From Crenarchaeota archaeon 13_1_40CM_3_52_10 (lineage in GTDB: Archaea; Thermoproteota; Bathyarchaeia; 40CM-2-53-6), in contig MNGO01000004.1 in NCBI GenBank assembly GCA_001918765.1, positions 1-55,411 on the forward strand: a stretch of 55,411 bases of DNA, written 5' to 3'. This document shows positions 1 through 9,300 of the stretch, in pieces (within the stretch, counting starts at the first letter, position 1; each line of letters opens with the position of its first letter). Position numbers and translations under genes: made by a program. The notes beneath the pieces were generated by a model that ran no database searches, had not been told where the DNA came from, and was given only the letters and a program-made list of their open reading frames with translations.

Positions 1-110
1 AAGTCGGTGCTATGACATGCTCGAATACATTCCCGTGAGTCAAGACTCTGTCGCGAAGTCGGTGCTATGACATGCTCGAATACATTCCCGTGAGTCAAGA
101 CTCTGTCGCG
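1..110. repeat. Exact 55-bp tandem direct duplication (1-55 = 56-110)
   Basis: aagtcggtgctatgacatgctcgaatacattcccgtgagtcaagactctgtcgcg occurs twice back to back with no mismatch at the window edge. Confidence 0.98.
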
Positions 111-1220
111 CCTGGAAAGCTTCTCTATTGCAATAGGGGCTGGATTCCCAAAAATCTCCTCGCCTGCAGGTAAGCAAAGCGTCGGGGTCGCGGCCAGGAC
201 CTTGATTCTGCCTTCTCGAAAGGCGTCTTCGACTATTCCTCGATGAATTCCCGTTAGACCTGCATGATGAAAGCCAGCGCCTCCCGCAACCTGCATCGCG
301 AGGGCTTCGCTTAGCCGTGTCTTCTCGCCAGTCGAGAGTATTCGCTCAGCAATAGTGTTCAGCGCCCTGTCTTCGAGCTTCGACAGGCGGCTCTTCACCG
401 CCACCGAGGCCTTCCGTCCCATCTCGACTGCTGACCGACGGGTCTCAGTGAAAATCAGTGCTTGGCCGCCGGTGCTCAACACGTCGAGGGCAATGTCAAG
501 ACTTGGCGTTTTGGTTCCGCTTAGAATTGCTCGGCTCGCACCATCGCGAAACTGCACTTGGTTATCATGATAGATTCCTTCTCTTAGCGGGACGGGGCGC
601 CAGTCGGTTGTCACCGATCCGGCTTTTAACCAGGATCCTACCTCTTCCGCGTTTCTCACCGTTGCACTGAGAGCTAAGACCTGGATGTTCGGGTTGATCT
701 CTGTGAGTCGAGTTAGAACCACTTCGAGGGTTGGACCCCTTTCTTGTTCAGTTAGAAGATGAACCTCGTCTGCAACGACGAGGGTGAGTTCGCTCATCCA
801 GGGAGCCTTGTGCCTCAAGAGAGAGTCTGCCTTTTCGTTAGTGCAGAGTATGATGTCGTATCTTCCTAGCCATGGGTCTGAGCTGTCGTAGTCTCCTGTG
901 GATATTCCAGCTCTGACGTGTTCCCCGTTGGGTTTCTTGATTGCTGAGTATCGTTGGAATTCCTTGAATTTCTCGCTAGCCAGGGCGCGTAGTGGGGCCA
1001 AGTAGATTGCCTTGCCTCGGTGTTCGAGGACGTGTTGAAGTATGCAGAGTTCTGCGACTAGGGTCTTTCCGCTGGCGGTAGGACTGGCGAGAACAAGGTT
1101 CTTCCCATCTAGGACTCCTGCTTCGATTGCGTGTTGTTGTGGTGGGTAGAGCTCGTCGAGACCTTGCTCTGCCAATAAGTCGATTACTTGTCCGTCGATG
1201 GGGAGGTCGCTAATCTTCAC
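1..1220 (-). CDS. hel308: Hel308/Ski2-like DNA helicase, 3'-partial (runs off window start)
   Basis: Absent from the ORF track because there is no in-window stop. My translation from GTG at 1220 reads VKISDLPIDGQVIDLLAEQGLDELYPPQQHAIE. It has Walker A SPTASGKT, DEVH box (VVADEVH), LSAT and FHHAGL. Helicase-like sequence is no longer recognisable after ATPTL (about nt 170). Nt 1-110 are a duplicated 55-mer, so the 3' part is unreliable. Confidence 0.75.
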   Translation of the reverse strand, partial: MKISDLPIDGQVIDLLAEQGLDELYPPQQHAIEAGVLDGKNLVLASPTASGKTLVAELCILQHVLEHRGKAIYLAPLRALASEKFKEFQRYSAIKKPNGEHVRAGISTGDYDSSDPWLGRYDIILCTNEKADSLLRHKAPWMSELTLVVADEVHLLTEQERGPTLEVVLTRLTEINPNIQVLALSATVRNAEEVGSWLKAGSVTTDWRPVPLREGIYHDNQVQFRDGASRAILSGTKTPSLDIALDVLSTGGQALIFTETRRSAVEMGRKASVAVKSRLSKLEDRALNTIAERILSTGEKTRLSEALAMQVAGGAGFHHAGLTGIHRGIVEDAFREGRIKVLAATPTLCLPAGEEIFGNPAPIAIEKLSRRDRVLTHGNVFEHVIAPTSRQSLDSRECIRACHSTD

Positions 1221-1248
1221 CTGTTATGGTAGCTCCGATGATTGGATT

Positions 1249-3312
1249 CTAGCTTGAGGTTCGCTTTAGTCTTCCTTCCTTGGGTGAGTAGAGCATGCCC
1301 TCTTTTATCAACTGCCCGACGAACCGTCGAGCCTCTCCGTCGGTGACCTTATTCTTGTCCACTATTGCAGCAATCAGGATTTTCTCATCGACATCTCCGG
1401 TTTCCCGTTCAAGCTCGCGCACGATGTCGATTACTCGACCCAACGTGTCCCGCACCGTCGCGGGCCTGCCTGTCATTATTGTGTCGATATCGATCTTTCC
1501 GGTTTTGACATCCACCCCCACGTCTAGTAAGGCATAGGTCATGATTTTTACTGCACTCTTCGCGTCCTCGACCGTCACTTGATCGCGAAGGAATGCTCGG
1601 GCTCTTGCCTCGGATAACCTGACCAAGGCCTCTAATTGGCGCGGGGTGATTGCTACCGCCGCTTCTCGGCCTGTTGTCCCACGCATTTTAAGGTAAAAAT
1701 CCTGTAGCTCCTTGACGGCCTCCGGGGTCAGCACTGGGATAATCCTCTTCGCATAGCTGATGTATTTCCGTAGAAAGTCTGGCTGGAATGGCGCTTCTTC
1801 TGAACCGTGTCTTGCTCTATGTAATTGTAGAATATGAGACGACATTTCAGAATCGCTATCAGGATCTGGAAGATCCTTAACGAGAAATATCAAGTCAAAT
1901 CTCGAAAGTATGGTTACGGGGAGATTGATGTTTTCGTTGATGTTTCTGTGGGGCTCATATCTTCCCAGGGAAGGGTTCGCAGCAGCAAGCACCGCCGCTC
2001 TAGCATTCAGGGTGGCCACAATTCCTCCTTTGGCAACGCTGACGGTCTGCTGTTCCAAAGCCTCATGGATCGCGACTCTATCATCAGGTCTCATCTTATC
2101 TAGTTCATCGATGCAAGCGACCCCTTTGTCAGCTAGGACCAAAGCACCAGCTTCGAGCACCATTCCGCCCGTTTTCTCGCGCAAGACCGCTGCAGTGAGT
2201 CCAGCAGCTGTAGTCCCTCTTCCCGAGGTGTAAAGGCCTCTGGGGGCAATTCTGGAAACGTATTGCAACAACTGGCTCTTCGCTGTTCCAGGATCGCCCA
2301 CGATCAAGCAGTTCAGATCGCCTCGAATGTTGACGCCGTCAGGGAGCCGTTTTGCGACTCCCGCAAATAGAAGGTACAGTATTCCCTCCTTGATCTCATC
2401 ATAGCCATAGATTGATGGGGCAAGACTCATGATAAGATTTCGATGGACAAAAGGATGTTTCGAGGCCTCGATGATCTTCTTCTCGTCTTCAAGAGTAATC
2501 TCAACAATTTCAGTCTCCTTCCCGACAACATCTACAAAATTCGCTTCTAGATACAGGTTGAAGGTTCTAAGCTTCCCTTTCTCGCCGGCGTACTGCTTCT
2601 CGGCTCTTACTACGGAAGTCAACGCCACTCTGTCGCCGGGACGCGCAGTGTCGACAAGGTCGTCGTCTAGTCTGACATCTAGATACCTCGGGAGCATGCC
2701 GGGGGGAAGATCCTCAGGGCGTTCTTGGACGCGAGCTTCCTGAGTGTTCTTGAACACACACTGGTCTTCGATCAAGTCCCAGCCGCTCTGTTGCTTACAG
2801 CTTGCACAGATGGGGCCAGGCCCCCGTAACAAATCTCCTGTTTGATCTTGACGGGAGAGTTCGCCACACTTTCGACAGCGGAAGACAGCTTTGACGATCA
2901 TAGGTCGTACTTGGCCCGTTCGGACGACGATGCCCTCGACCAGCGCGAGTTTCATGAGGTCCTCAGCGCCAATCTTTCTGAGAGCCCTCTTTTCCGGAAG
3001 ACGACGAAATCGCACAATTATACGACCCACTTGTTCAGCGTACTCAGGATCCTCAACACGCATCTGAGAGGTCGCCGCGGAACCCGCGTGAACAAAGAAG
3101 TCGTCCGGGTGGTTCACCACATTTCTAGCAAGCACTGGGTCGAACGCGATTAGGTCGTCGAAATCGATTACGAGGGACCGACCATTGTTGACTGCCACTT
3201 CTGCGAGGCGTTTCCTATACTTGGACCCGACCGGGTCAGCTTGGTACGCGCGGAAGAAGTCCTGGAAAACGTTCTCTGGAAGGGCGGTTTCCGTCGGAGC
3301 GAGCAAGGTCAA
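1249..3312 (-). CDS. mcm: MCM replicative helicase
   Basis: 687 aa. Zinc finger CRKCG..CASCK, Walker A GDPGTAKS, Walker B CIDELDKM, arginine-finger region SRFDLIF, C-terminal winged-helix tail. Confidence 0.95.
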   Translation of the reverse strand: MTLLAPTETALPENVFQDFFRAYQADPVGSKYRKRLAEVAVNNGRSLVIDFDDLIAFDPVLARNVVNHPDDFFVHAGSAATSQMRVEDPEYAEQVGRIIVRFRRLPEKRALRKIGAEDLMKLALVEGIVVRTGQVRPMIVKAVFRCRKCGELSRQDQTGDLLRGPGPICASCKQQSGWDLIEDQCVFKNTQEARVQERPEDLPPGMLPRYLDVRLDDDLVDTARPGDRVALTSVVRAEKQYAGEKGKLRTFNLYLEANFVDVVGKETEIVEITLEDEKKIIEASKHPFVHRNLIMSLAPSIYGYDEIKEGILYLLFAGVAKRLPDGVNIRGDLNCLIVGDPGTAKSQLLQYVSRIAPRGLYTSGRGTTAAGLTAAVLREKTGGMVLEAGALVLADKGVACIDELDKMRPDDRVAIHEALEQQTVSVAKGGIVATLNARAAVLAAANPSLGRYEPHRNINENINLPVTILSRFDLIFLVKDLPDPDSDSEMSSHILQLHRARHGSEEAPFQPDFLRKYISYAKRIIPVLTPEAVKELQDFYLKMRGTTGREAAVAITPRQLEALVRLSEARARAFLRDQVTVEDAKSAVKIMTYALLDVGVDVKTGKIDIDTIMTGRPATVRDTLGRVIDIVRELERETGDVDEKILIAAIVDKNKVTDGEARRFVGQLIKEGMLYSPKEGRLKRTSS

Positions 3313-3872
3313 TTGGTAGTCTCACTGCCGAGAATGTCCTTCTTCCATGACTCCACATTCTGACGCACCTTCTCGAAGAGAGCCTTCTCCTCCAAGGTAA
3401 GTTTGGAGGTGACCTCGGTAGTTTGCCCTCCAGAAGCCCCTAGGGAGGCTATCTTCTTTACTCGCAGGTTGACAATGTCCCATCCCAGAGCAAGTGCTTT
3501 GTCTAGCTCCCGGGCCTTCGTACGGTCTTTCACTTCGAGGTTCTTGAGGTCTTTGATGAGCCTGCGAAGTTGGAAATAGAATGACCTTGGCAGTTCCGGG
3601 ATCTGGTTTGAGGCGGGCAGCGTCTGCCTATAATGGGTAGTTGAAAGCGTGTTCAGAGTGAGCTGTTCTTCTTCTTTGAAGCGAGCGTACCCCATCTGGA
3701 CCAAATGCTGGGCGATCCAGAGTGAGAGTTCGATCTCTTGTCCCATCCGATACGGGCCTAGGGTTCTGTCCCCAATCCGGGTTTCTGGAAACTCGCGGAG
3801 CAGTGTAATTCGTGAAGGCGAGTTTTCCAGTTCTGTGTCGACAATCTCTACGATAGACGGTTCTTTCTCCAA
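3309..3872 (-). CDS. GINS subunit (Gins23/Gins51-type)
   Basis: 187 aa helical protein whose stop overlaps the mcm start by 4 nt. A gins gene directly upstream of mcm is known in Sulfolobus. The call rests on size, context and general sequence character rather than a sharp motif. Confidence 0.55.
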   Translation of the reverse strand: MEKEPSIVEIVDTELENSPSRITLLREFPETRIGDRTLGPYRMGQEIELSLWIAQHLVQMGYARFKEEEQLTLNTLSTTHYRQTLPASNQIPELPRSFYFQLRRLIKDLKNLEVKDRTKARELDKALALGWDIVNLRVKKIASLGASGGQTTEVTSKLTLEEKALFEKVRQNVESWKKDILGSETTN

Positions 3873-4025
3873 TTTACTCGCCCCCCGGGAATCACCAAGG
3901 CGAAAGCGGGCTCCATAAAACCAATTCTAAACAGAAAACCGGATCGATCACACGATATTTGCTTAGAGAGGTGGATGAAACAGTTCTATATGGCTAGGAA
4001 CATCAATGTGTTTGGTTGAATCTGA
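3873..4025. promoter_or_regulatory. Divergent promoter region between gins-mcm and rfcS-rfcL
   Basis: AT-rich TATA-like boxes: ttctatat (3984-3991), about 35 nt before the rfcS TTG start, and ccataaaacc (about 3914-3923; ttttatgg on the minus strand), about 45 nt before the gins ATG. Confidence 0.3.
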
Positions 4026-5024
4026 TTGGAAGCCGCTCTCTGGACTGAGAAGTACAGGCCAAAGAGTCTCGACGATATCATGGATCAGGAAGAGATAGTC
4101 TCCAGGCTCAAAGATTTCGTCAAGAGAGGAACAATGCCCCACTGCTTGTTCGCAGGTCCACCAGGTACGGGCAAGACCACAGCCGGGTTATGTCTCGCTC
4201 ATGATCTGTTCGGGGAGCGATTCCAAGACGCGTTCAAGGAACTGAATGCAAGCGATGAACGCGGAATAGATGTTGTGCGGACTACCGTGAAGGACTTCGC
4301 CATGATGGCGTCGCTATCCAGTGTTCCTTTCAAGATCCTTGTCTTGGATGAAGCTGACAACATGACGGGGGACGCGCAGAGCGCGCTTCGCCGAACGATG
4401 GAGAATTACACCAATACTTGCCGTTTCATTCTCTGCTGCAACTATTCGGGCAGAATAATAGAACCAATTCAGTCAAGATGCGCCCTATTCCGGTTCACAC
4501 CGCTACCTGAGGAAAAAGTCGTCGAATACCTCCACCGAATCACGAAAGCTGAGAACGTTAAAACCACTGAGGGCGGTTTGAAGACCATTGTAGAAGTGGC
4601 TGAAGGAGACCTCCGGAAGGCCGTCAACATTCTTCAAGCAGCCTCCTCTATGTCGAAGGGAATCTCAGAAGAAACAGTCTACCAAGTAGTTGGAAGAGCG
4701 AGACCGACGGATGTCCACGAGATGTTGAACCATGCTTTGAAAGGCGACTTTCTCAAAGCACGGGATGAGCTTCGAAACCTTCTCGTCAAATATGGTCTAT
4801 CCGGGTCTGATATCGTCCGCCAGATTCACTCAGAGGTCTTCCGCCTCGCCATTCCAGAGAAGACGAGGATCAGCTTGATCGAGGCCATCGGGGACACAGA
4901 CTTTAGGCTGGTGCAAGGTGGAGATGAAGAAGTGCAGCTTAGCGCTCTCCTCGCCCATCTAGCTGCTGAGGCATCGGTTCATAGAAATGTTCGAGAGGAA
5001 CATGTCACAGCCCTGGACCGTTAG
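4026..5024 (+). CDS. rfcS: Replication factor C small subunit
   Basis: 332 aa. WTEKYRP, Walker A GPPGTGKTT, DEAD-type LDEADNMT, SRC motif QSRCALFRF. TTG start. Confidence 0.95.
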   Translation: MEAALWTEKYRPKSLDDIMDQEEIVSRLKDFVKRGTMPHCLFAGPPGTGKTTAGLCLAHDLFGERFQDAFKELNASDERGIDVVRTTVKDFAMMASLSSVPFKILVLDEADNMTGDAQSALRRTMENYTNTCRFILCCNYSGRIIEPIQSRCALFRFTPLPEEKVVEYLHRITKAENVKTTEGGLKTIVEVAEGDLRKAVNILQAASSMSKGISEETVYQVVGRARPTDVHEMLNHALKGDFLKARDELRNLLVKYGLSGSDIVRQIHSEVFRLAIPEKTRISLIEAIGDTDFRLVQGGDEEVQLSALLAHLAAEASVHRNVREEHVTALDR

Positions 5025-6237
5025 ATACAGACCTCGGACGACTCGCGAGATAGCGGGCAATAAGCCTGCCCTGGAGAAGATCCGTCAATGGCTTGACTCA
5101 TGGTCCGAAGGCAAACCGTCCAAGGCCGCGGTCCTTCTTTACGGCCCAGCAGGAGTAGGAAAGACGACAATCGCCGAGGCGGTTGCTCGGGAGAGAGATT
5201 GGGACCTTGTGGAGATCAATGCCTCTGACAAGAGAAGCGGCGATATCCTCTCAAGAATCGCGGGACTCGCATCCACACAATCCTCGCTGTTCAACAAGGG
5301 AAGACTGATCCTTCTGGATGAAGTGGATGGTATCAATCTCAGAACGGACTCGGGCGCGATCATTGCGATTCTCCGAGTAATCAAAGAATCTCAGTTTCCA
5401 ATAGTTCTGACCGCAAACGATCCTTGGGATCCAAAGATCAGACCGCTACGGGATGCATGTCTGTTCATCGAGCTGAGAAGACTCGGTCTACGCGAAGGGA
5501 TTCCGCTGATGAAGGGAATACTCGCCAAGGAGAGTGTGAGTGCTGACGAGGAGGCGCTCAGGTCTATCATGGAACGGGACCGTGGTGACATGCGATCAGC
5601 GATAACAGACCTTCAGATTCTAACCGGACCCAAGAAAAATCTAACCTTGGAAGATACTGCTATGTTGTCTAACCGGGACCGAAGCGAGTCCATATTCGAA
5701 GTCCTAAGGATCATCTTCAACAGCAGAACTGTTGCTCAGGCTCGACGTGCGCTGGACAAGTCAGATCTAGACCATGAAATGCTCTTTCAATGGATTCTGG
5801 AAAATACTCCAGGCCAGATTCCAAATCGCCCCGAGCTGGACAACGCCATGTCTGCACTTGCAGAAGCAGATCTCTACTTTGCCCGGATCAGGAAGACACA
5901 GTCGTGGCACCTGTTATCGTATGCTCTCGATCTAATGACCGCGGGTGTTGCCGTCGCAAAAGAGACGAGCCCGGGAGGATGGGTGTCGATGAAGTTCCCG
6001 CAACGAATCAGCTCGATGTCGCGCAGCCGGGGAACAAGAGAACTTACGAAGGGAGTTGGAGCCTTGATCGGGTCCAAGTCCCACATATCAAGTCGAAGAG
6101 CGACGAAAGCTTACCTTCCCATGATCCAGTTCATCCATGATCACGACCCGGAAAAATATCGTCAGATTGCAGAATGGCTTGATGCGAAGGAGCCGTTAGA
6201 CGAGATTCTCTCGCTCGAAGCTGAACCTGCCGCTTAA
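4987..6237 (+). CDS. rfcL: Replication factor C large subunit
   Basis: 416 aa. PWTVRYRP, Walker A GPAGVGKTT, LLDEVDG. ATG at 5002 (MSQPW...) is an equally good start. Overlaps the rfcS 3' end. Confidence 0.85.
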   Translation: MFERNMSQPWTVRYRPRTTREIAGNKPALEKIRQWLDSWSEGKPSKAAVLLYGPAGVGKTTIAEAVARERDWDLVEINASDKRSGDILSRIAGLASTQSSLFNKGRLILLDEVDGINLRTDSGAIIAILRVIKESQFPIVLTANDPWDPKIRPLRDACLFIELRRLGLREGIPLMKGILAKESVSADEEALRSIMERDRGDMRSAITDLQILTGPKKNLTLEDTAMLSNRDRSESIFEVLRIIFNSRTVAQARRALDKSDLDHEMLFQWILENTPGQIPNRPELDNAMSALAEADLYFARIRKTQSWHLLSYALDLMTAGVAVAKETSPGGWVSMKFPQRISSMSRSRGTRELTKGVGALIGSKSHISSRRATKAYLPMIQFIHDHDPEKYRQIAEWLDAKEPLDEILSLEAEPAA

Positions 6238-6425
6238 CGGTTGCGCATTACCAGTGCGCCCCCGATGAGAGCAATGATGGTCGATATGACTTCGGCGTAG
6301 AGAAGTTGTTGGAGCGCTTGACTGGTAATGGCCGCTCCAGCACCCATGGCTGTTGTTGCAGCGATTGCGCCCATGCATCCTGTGAAGAGAAGGAGCGTTC
6401 CCATAGTCAGATAGGCTTCCTTCAA
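6234..6425 (-). CDS. Small hydrophobic protein (hypothetical)
   Basis: 63 aa, two Gly/Ala-rich hydrophobic stretches. No recognisable family. Confidence 0.25.
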   Translation of the reverse strand: MKEAYLTMGTLLLFTGCMGAIAATTAMGAGAAITSQALQQLLYAEVISTIIALIGGALVMRNR

Positions 6426-6498
6426 ATGCTGCGGCCTTCAGCTGTCCTCGCAGTTCGAGGCGAAATAAAAGTTTACTCTATGATCGAATAGAGCCATC

Positions 6499-7854
6499 TT
6501 ATTCCTTCAAGGCTAAGTTGATCAGTTCGCGCGTCACGCCGAGATAAGTACGGTAGTCGAGTGCTTCCTTGATCTCTTTGGGTTTTAGTCTCTTCGAGAC
6601 GAATTTGTCTTCGAGCAGGAGCTTTGAGAAGGGAATCTTGTTGTCGAGGGCCTTGATCGATATTTTCCTTATTTTTTCGTGAGCGTCTTGTCTTGGAACT
6701 CCCGTCTCCACGAGAAGGTTCACTATTCTCTCGGCTAGCAGGGATCCTTGTGATAGCTCCAAGTTTCGTTCCATGTTCTCTGCCAAGACCTCCAAGCCCT
6801 CGAGAATACGTGTGACAAGCCGGAGCATTTCGTCGACAAGAATGAAAGACATCGGAAAGATGAACCGTTCACTCGCAGAGTTGGAAATGTCCCGTTCATG
6901 CCATAGAGGAATATTCTCTAGGGCAGGTATGACTAGGCCTCGCATCAGCTTCGCCATGCTGGAGACCCTTTCGCTAAGCTCCGGATTCCTCTTCGAAGGC
7001 AGAGCCGAGCTTCCAACCTGTTTGCTCCGGTCGTACGGCTCCATAACCTCCGAGATCTCGCTTCTCTGCAAGTTCCGAACCTCCGTGCCGAACTTGTCGA
7101 GACTCGACGCCAGGAGAGAGAGATAGCACACCGTTTCGGCATGGAGATCCCGCTGAATAACCTGTGTAACGAGGCCGGCTGGTTTGAGCCCCAACTTGCC
7201 CAGCGCTCTTTCCTGGACCTTCAGAGCATTTTTCCCAAGCCCAGCTCCGTTTCCGACAATTCCCAGAATCTTGCCAACCAGAACCCGTTCCTTAACCTGC
7301 TTCAGTCTCTGCTGGTATCTTCGAACCTCTTCTAGCCAGACTGCGAACTTCAGGCCTAGAGTGATAACTCCCGCGTGGCGTCCGTGAGTCCGGCCGACGA
7401 CCAAGAGGGCTCTGTGCTTACGTACTCGCGAGGCAAGGATCTCTTCGAGCGCGTCGAGTCTCTTCTCTAGGAATGAGAATGCTTCTTTGAACTGGAGCGC
7501 TGTTGCGGTATCCTCAATATCGTAGCTTGTTAGCCCATAGTGGACGTACTTGCGTCCCTCGCCTGTACAGGCTTCGGAGAGCGCTACTACCATGGACATC
7601 AGATCATGACGGATCTCTTTCTCGAGGCCTTTGACGTGATCCAATGTCACAATCTTCGTGTTGGCGTTTCTTGCGATCTCCTCAGCAGCCCCTTTTGGAA
7701 TGTCGCCGACGAAGGCCTGTGCTTCTGCAACCGCCGCTTCAACATCCAACCATCGTTGGAGCTTGTTTTCTTCCTCGAAGATTCTCCTCATCTCCGGACT
7801 GCCATAACGACCTGTGTCAATTGGAAGAATAGGCAATCTTACCGACTCGAACAA
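6499..7854 (-). CDS. purB: Adenylosuccinate lyase
   Basis: 451 aa. Fumarate-lyase signature GSSALPSKRNP. N-terminus PIDTGRYGSPEMRRIF is typical of PurB. Confidence 0.9.
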   Translation of the reverse strand: MFESVRLPILPIDTGRYGSPEMRRIFEEENKLQRWLDVEAAVAEAQAFVGDIPKGAAEEIARNANTKIVTLDHVKGLEKEIRHDLMSMVVALSEACTGEGRKYVHYGLTSYDIEDTATALQFKEAFSFLEKRLDALEEILASRVRKHRALLVVGRTHGRHAGVITLGLKFAVWLEEVRRYQQRLKQVKERVLVGKILGIVGNGAGLGKNALKVQERALGKLGLKPAGLVTQVIQRDLHAETVCYLSLLASSLDKFGTEVRNLQRSEISEVMEPYDRSKQVGSSALPSKRNPELSERVSSMAKLMRGLVIPALENIPLWHERDISNSASERFIFPMSFILVDEMLRLVTRILEGLEVLAENMERNLELSQGSLLAERIVNLLVETGVPRQDAHEKIRKISIKALDNKIPFSKLLLEDKFVSKRLKPKEIKEALDYRTYLGVTRELINLALKE

Positions 7855-7905
7855 GGAAGCAACTAGCCTATCATATTAAACAACTCCGAGGGAAAAAATA
7901 GAACA

Positions 7906-9252
7906 ATGACGGGTATCTGCGGGCTCCTAGGACGGGAAGCCGATGATCTCGGATCGAAAGCGAAGGCCATCCTCTCATTGATGCGGATCCGTGGATCCAA
8001 ATCCCAATCCTTCTCACAAAGCGTCCCGAATGGAGAAAAAATCACAATAGGAATTTGCGATTCCACCGGTACCCAACCGTTCAGTCATTTGGCAGTACCG
8101 TTGGCGCTTGATGGTGTATTCTTCCGCAACGATGAAGGACCCCATAATCCCGAGCCTGCCGGTCCTAGTCGTCTCATACGGACACCTGGAGCATTTGCCT
8201 TCCTAACCTCGAACCAGGATCATCTGACTGCGGGAAGAGACATCATGGGTCAGAAGCCTCTCTATTGCGGGCAGATAGGAAGCGACGCTGTGGCCTTCGC
8301 CAGCCTAAGATCTCCTCTAGTCTCGATCGGCATCCTCGAACCCAAGCCTGTTCCTCCTGGCAAGGTGATTCGGGCCTCCGTACGAGGATTCGAGACGATG
8401 AGTGATTACTCGCTCAAGCAGCCGAAGGAAGAACCGACAAGCGAGGCAGCAGCCACTCAAACACTGGAAGACCTCTTTACCGAGGCCGTCGGAAGGATCG
8501 TCCCGCGAGGATCCGGGATCGCGTTCTCCGGAGGCCTGGACAGCGCACTCGTCGCGAAGGTAGCGAAGAACAACGGGCTAGAACCGGAGCTAATCTCTGT
8601 AGGGTTGAAGGGTCAACCGGAGCTAGAGCACGCGGAAAAAACCGCGAAGAGTTTCGGGCTTCGCGTTACAATTCGAGAGTTAACAAGCTCGGAGATCCTC
8701 AATTCACTACCCGTGGTCGTCAAGATCATTGAGACCACGGATCCTGTCATCGTCGGGATATCAGTGCCGATCTATTTCGCTTGCCAGAAGGCGCGCGAGA
8801 TGGGCTTGAACTATCTTGCCGCGGGCCAGCTTAGCGATGAGCTCTTCGGCGGCTATGGAAAGTTCGAAGAAATGGCTTTGCGAGACGATGTAACGATTCT
8901 TGGGAGAGCGATGTTCGATAGTGTTGTTGCTGCATCGGCTAAAGACTTTGATCCGGGAGACAAGCTCGCGGTGGCAGCTGGTCTAGAACTTTGTTCCCCC
9001 TTCGCATATCTCCCATTTGTCGAATATGTCTTGAAGCTACCAGCATCTCTCCGAGTCCACTTGGCAGATGGAAACGTGATTCGAAAATATGTTCTGAGAA
9101 GGCTTGCCGCGAGACTGAACCTGCCAGACAGCGTAGTGGGTCGGCCGAAGAAAGCTGTCCAGTATTCCAGTGGTGTCCAGAAGGTCTTGTTGAAAGAAGC
9201 AAAACGACAGGGAATGAGCCTCGGCAAGATGTTGGAATCCCTCACGAGGTAG
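7906..9252 (+). CDS. Asparagine synthase-like amidotransferase (short Ntn domain plus PP-loop domain)
   Basis: 448 aa. N-terminal MTGICGLLG: the Cys is at position 5, so either a short propeptide is removed or the glutaminase is inactive. PP-loop AFSGGLDSALVA. Confidence 0.7.
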   Translation: MTGICGLLGREADDLGSKAKAILSLMRIRGSKSQSFSQSVPNGEKITIGICDSTGTQPFSHLAVPLALDGVFFRNDEGPHNPEPAGPSRLIRTPGAFAFLTSNQDHLTAGRDIMGQKPLYCGQIGSDAVAFASLRSPLVSIGILEPKPVPPGKVIRASVRGFETMSDYSLKQPKEEPTSEAAATQTLEDLFTEAVGRIVPRGSGIAFSGGLDSALVAKVAKNNGLEPELISVGLKGQPELEHAEKTAKSFGLRVTIRELTSSEILNSLPVVVKIIETTDPVIVGISVPIYFACQKAREMGLNYLAAGQLSDELFGGYGKFEEMALRDDVTILGRAMFDSVVAASAKDFDPGDKLAVAAGLELCSPFAYLPFVEYVLKLPASLRVHLADGNVIRKYVLRRLAARLNLPDSVVGRPKKAVQYSSGVQKVLLKEAKRQGMSLGKMLESLTR

Positions 9253-9300
9253 TGTGGAAGACTTATCCGACAGACCCGCTTCCTAGGCGCAGACAGGACA

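Noticed and set aside
3973-4024. Possible C/D-box sRNA (GGAUGA ... CUGA about 50 nt apart) in the gins/rfcS spacer
   Set aside because: The C box is imperfect and no C'/D' boxes or terminal stem are visible. The D box abuts the rfcS start codon. The match is consistent with chance.
1-6237. Replication origin near the mcm/gins/rfc cluster
   Set aside because: There is no orc1/cdc6 gene in the window, and I could not find ORB-like repeated boxes or an AT-rich unwinding element in the 153-bp spacer.
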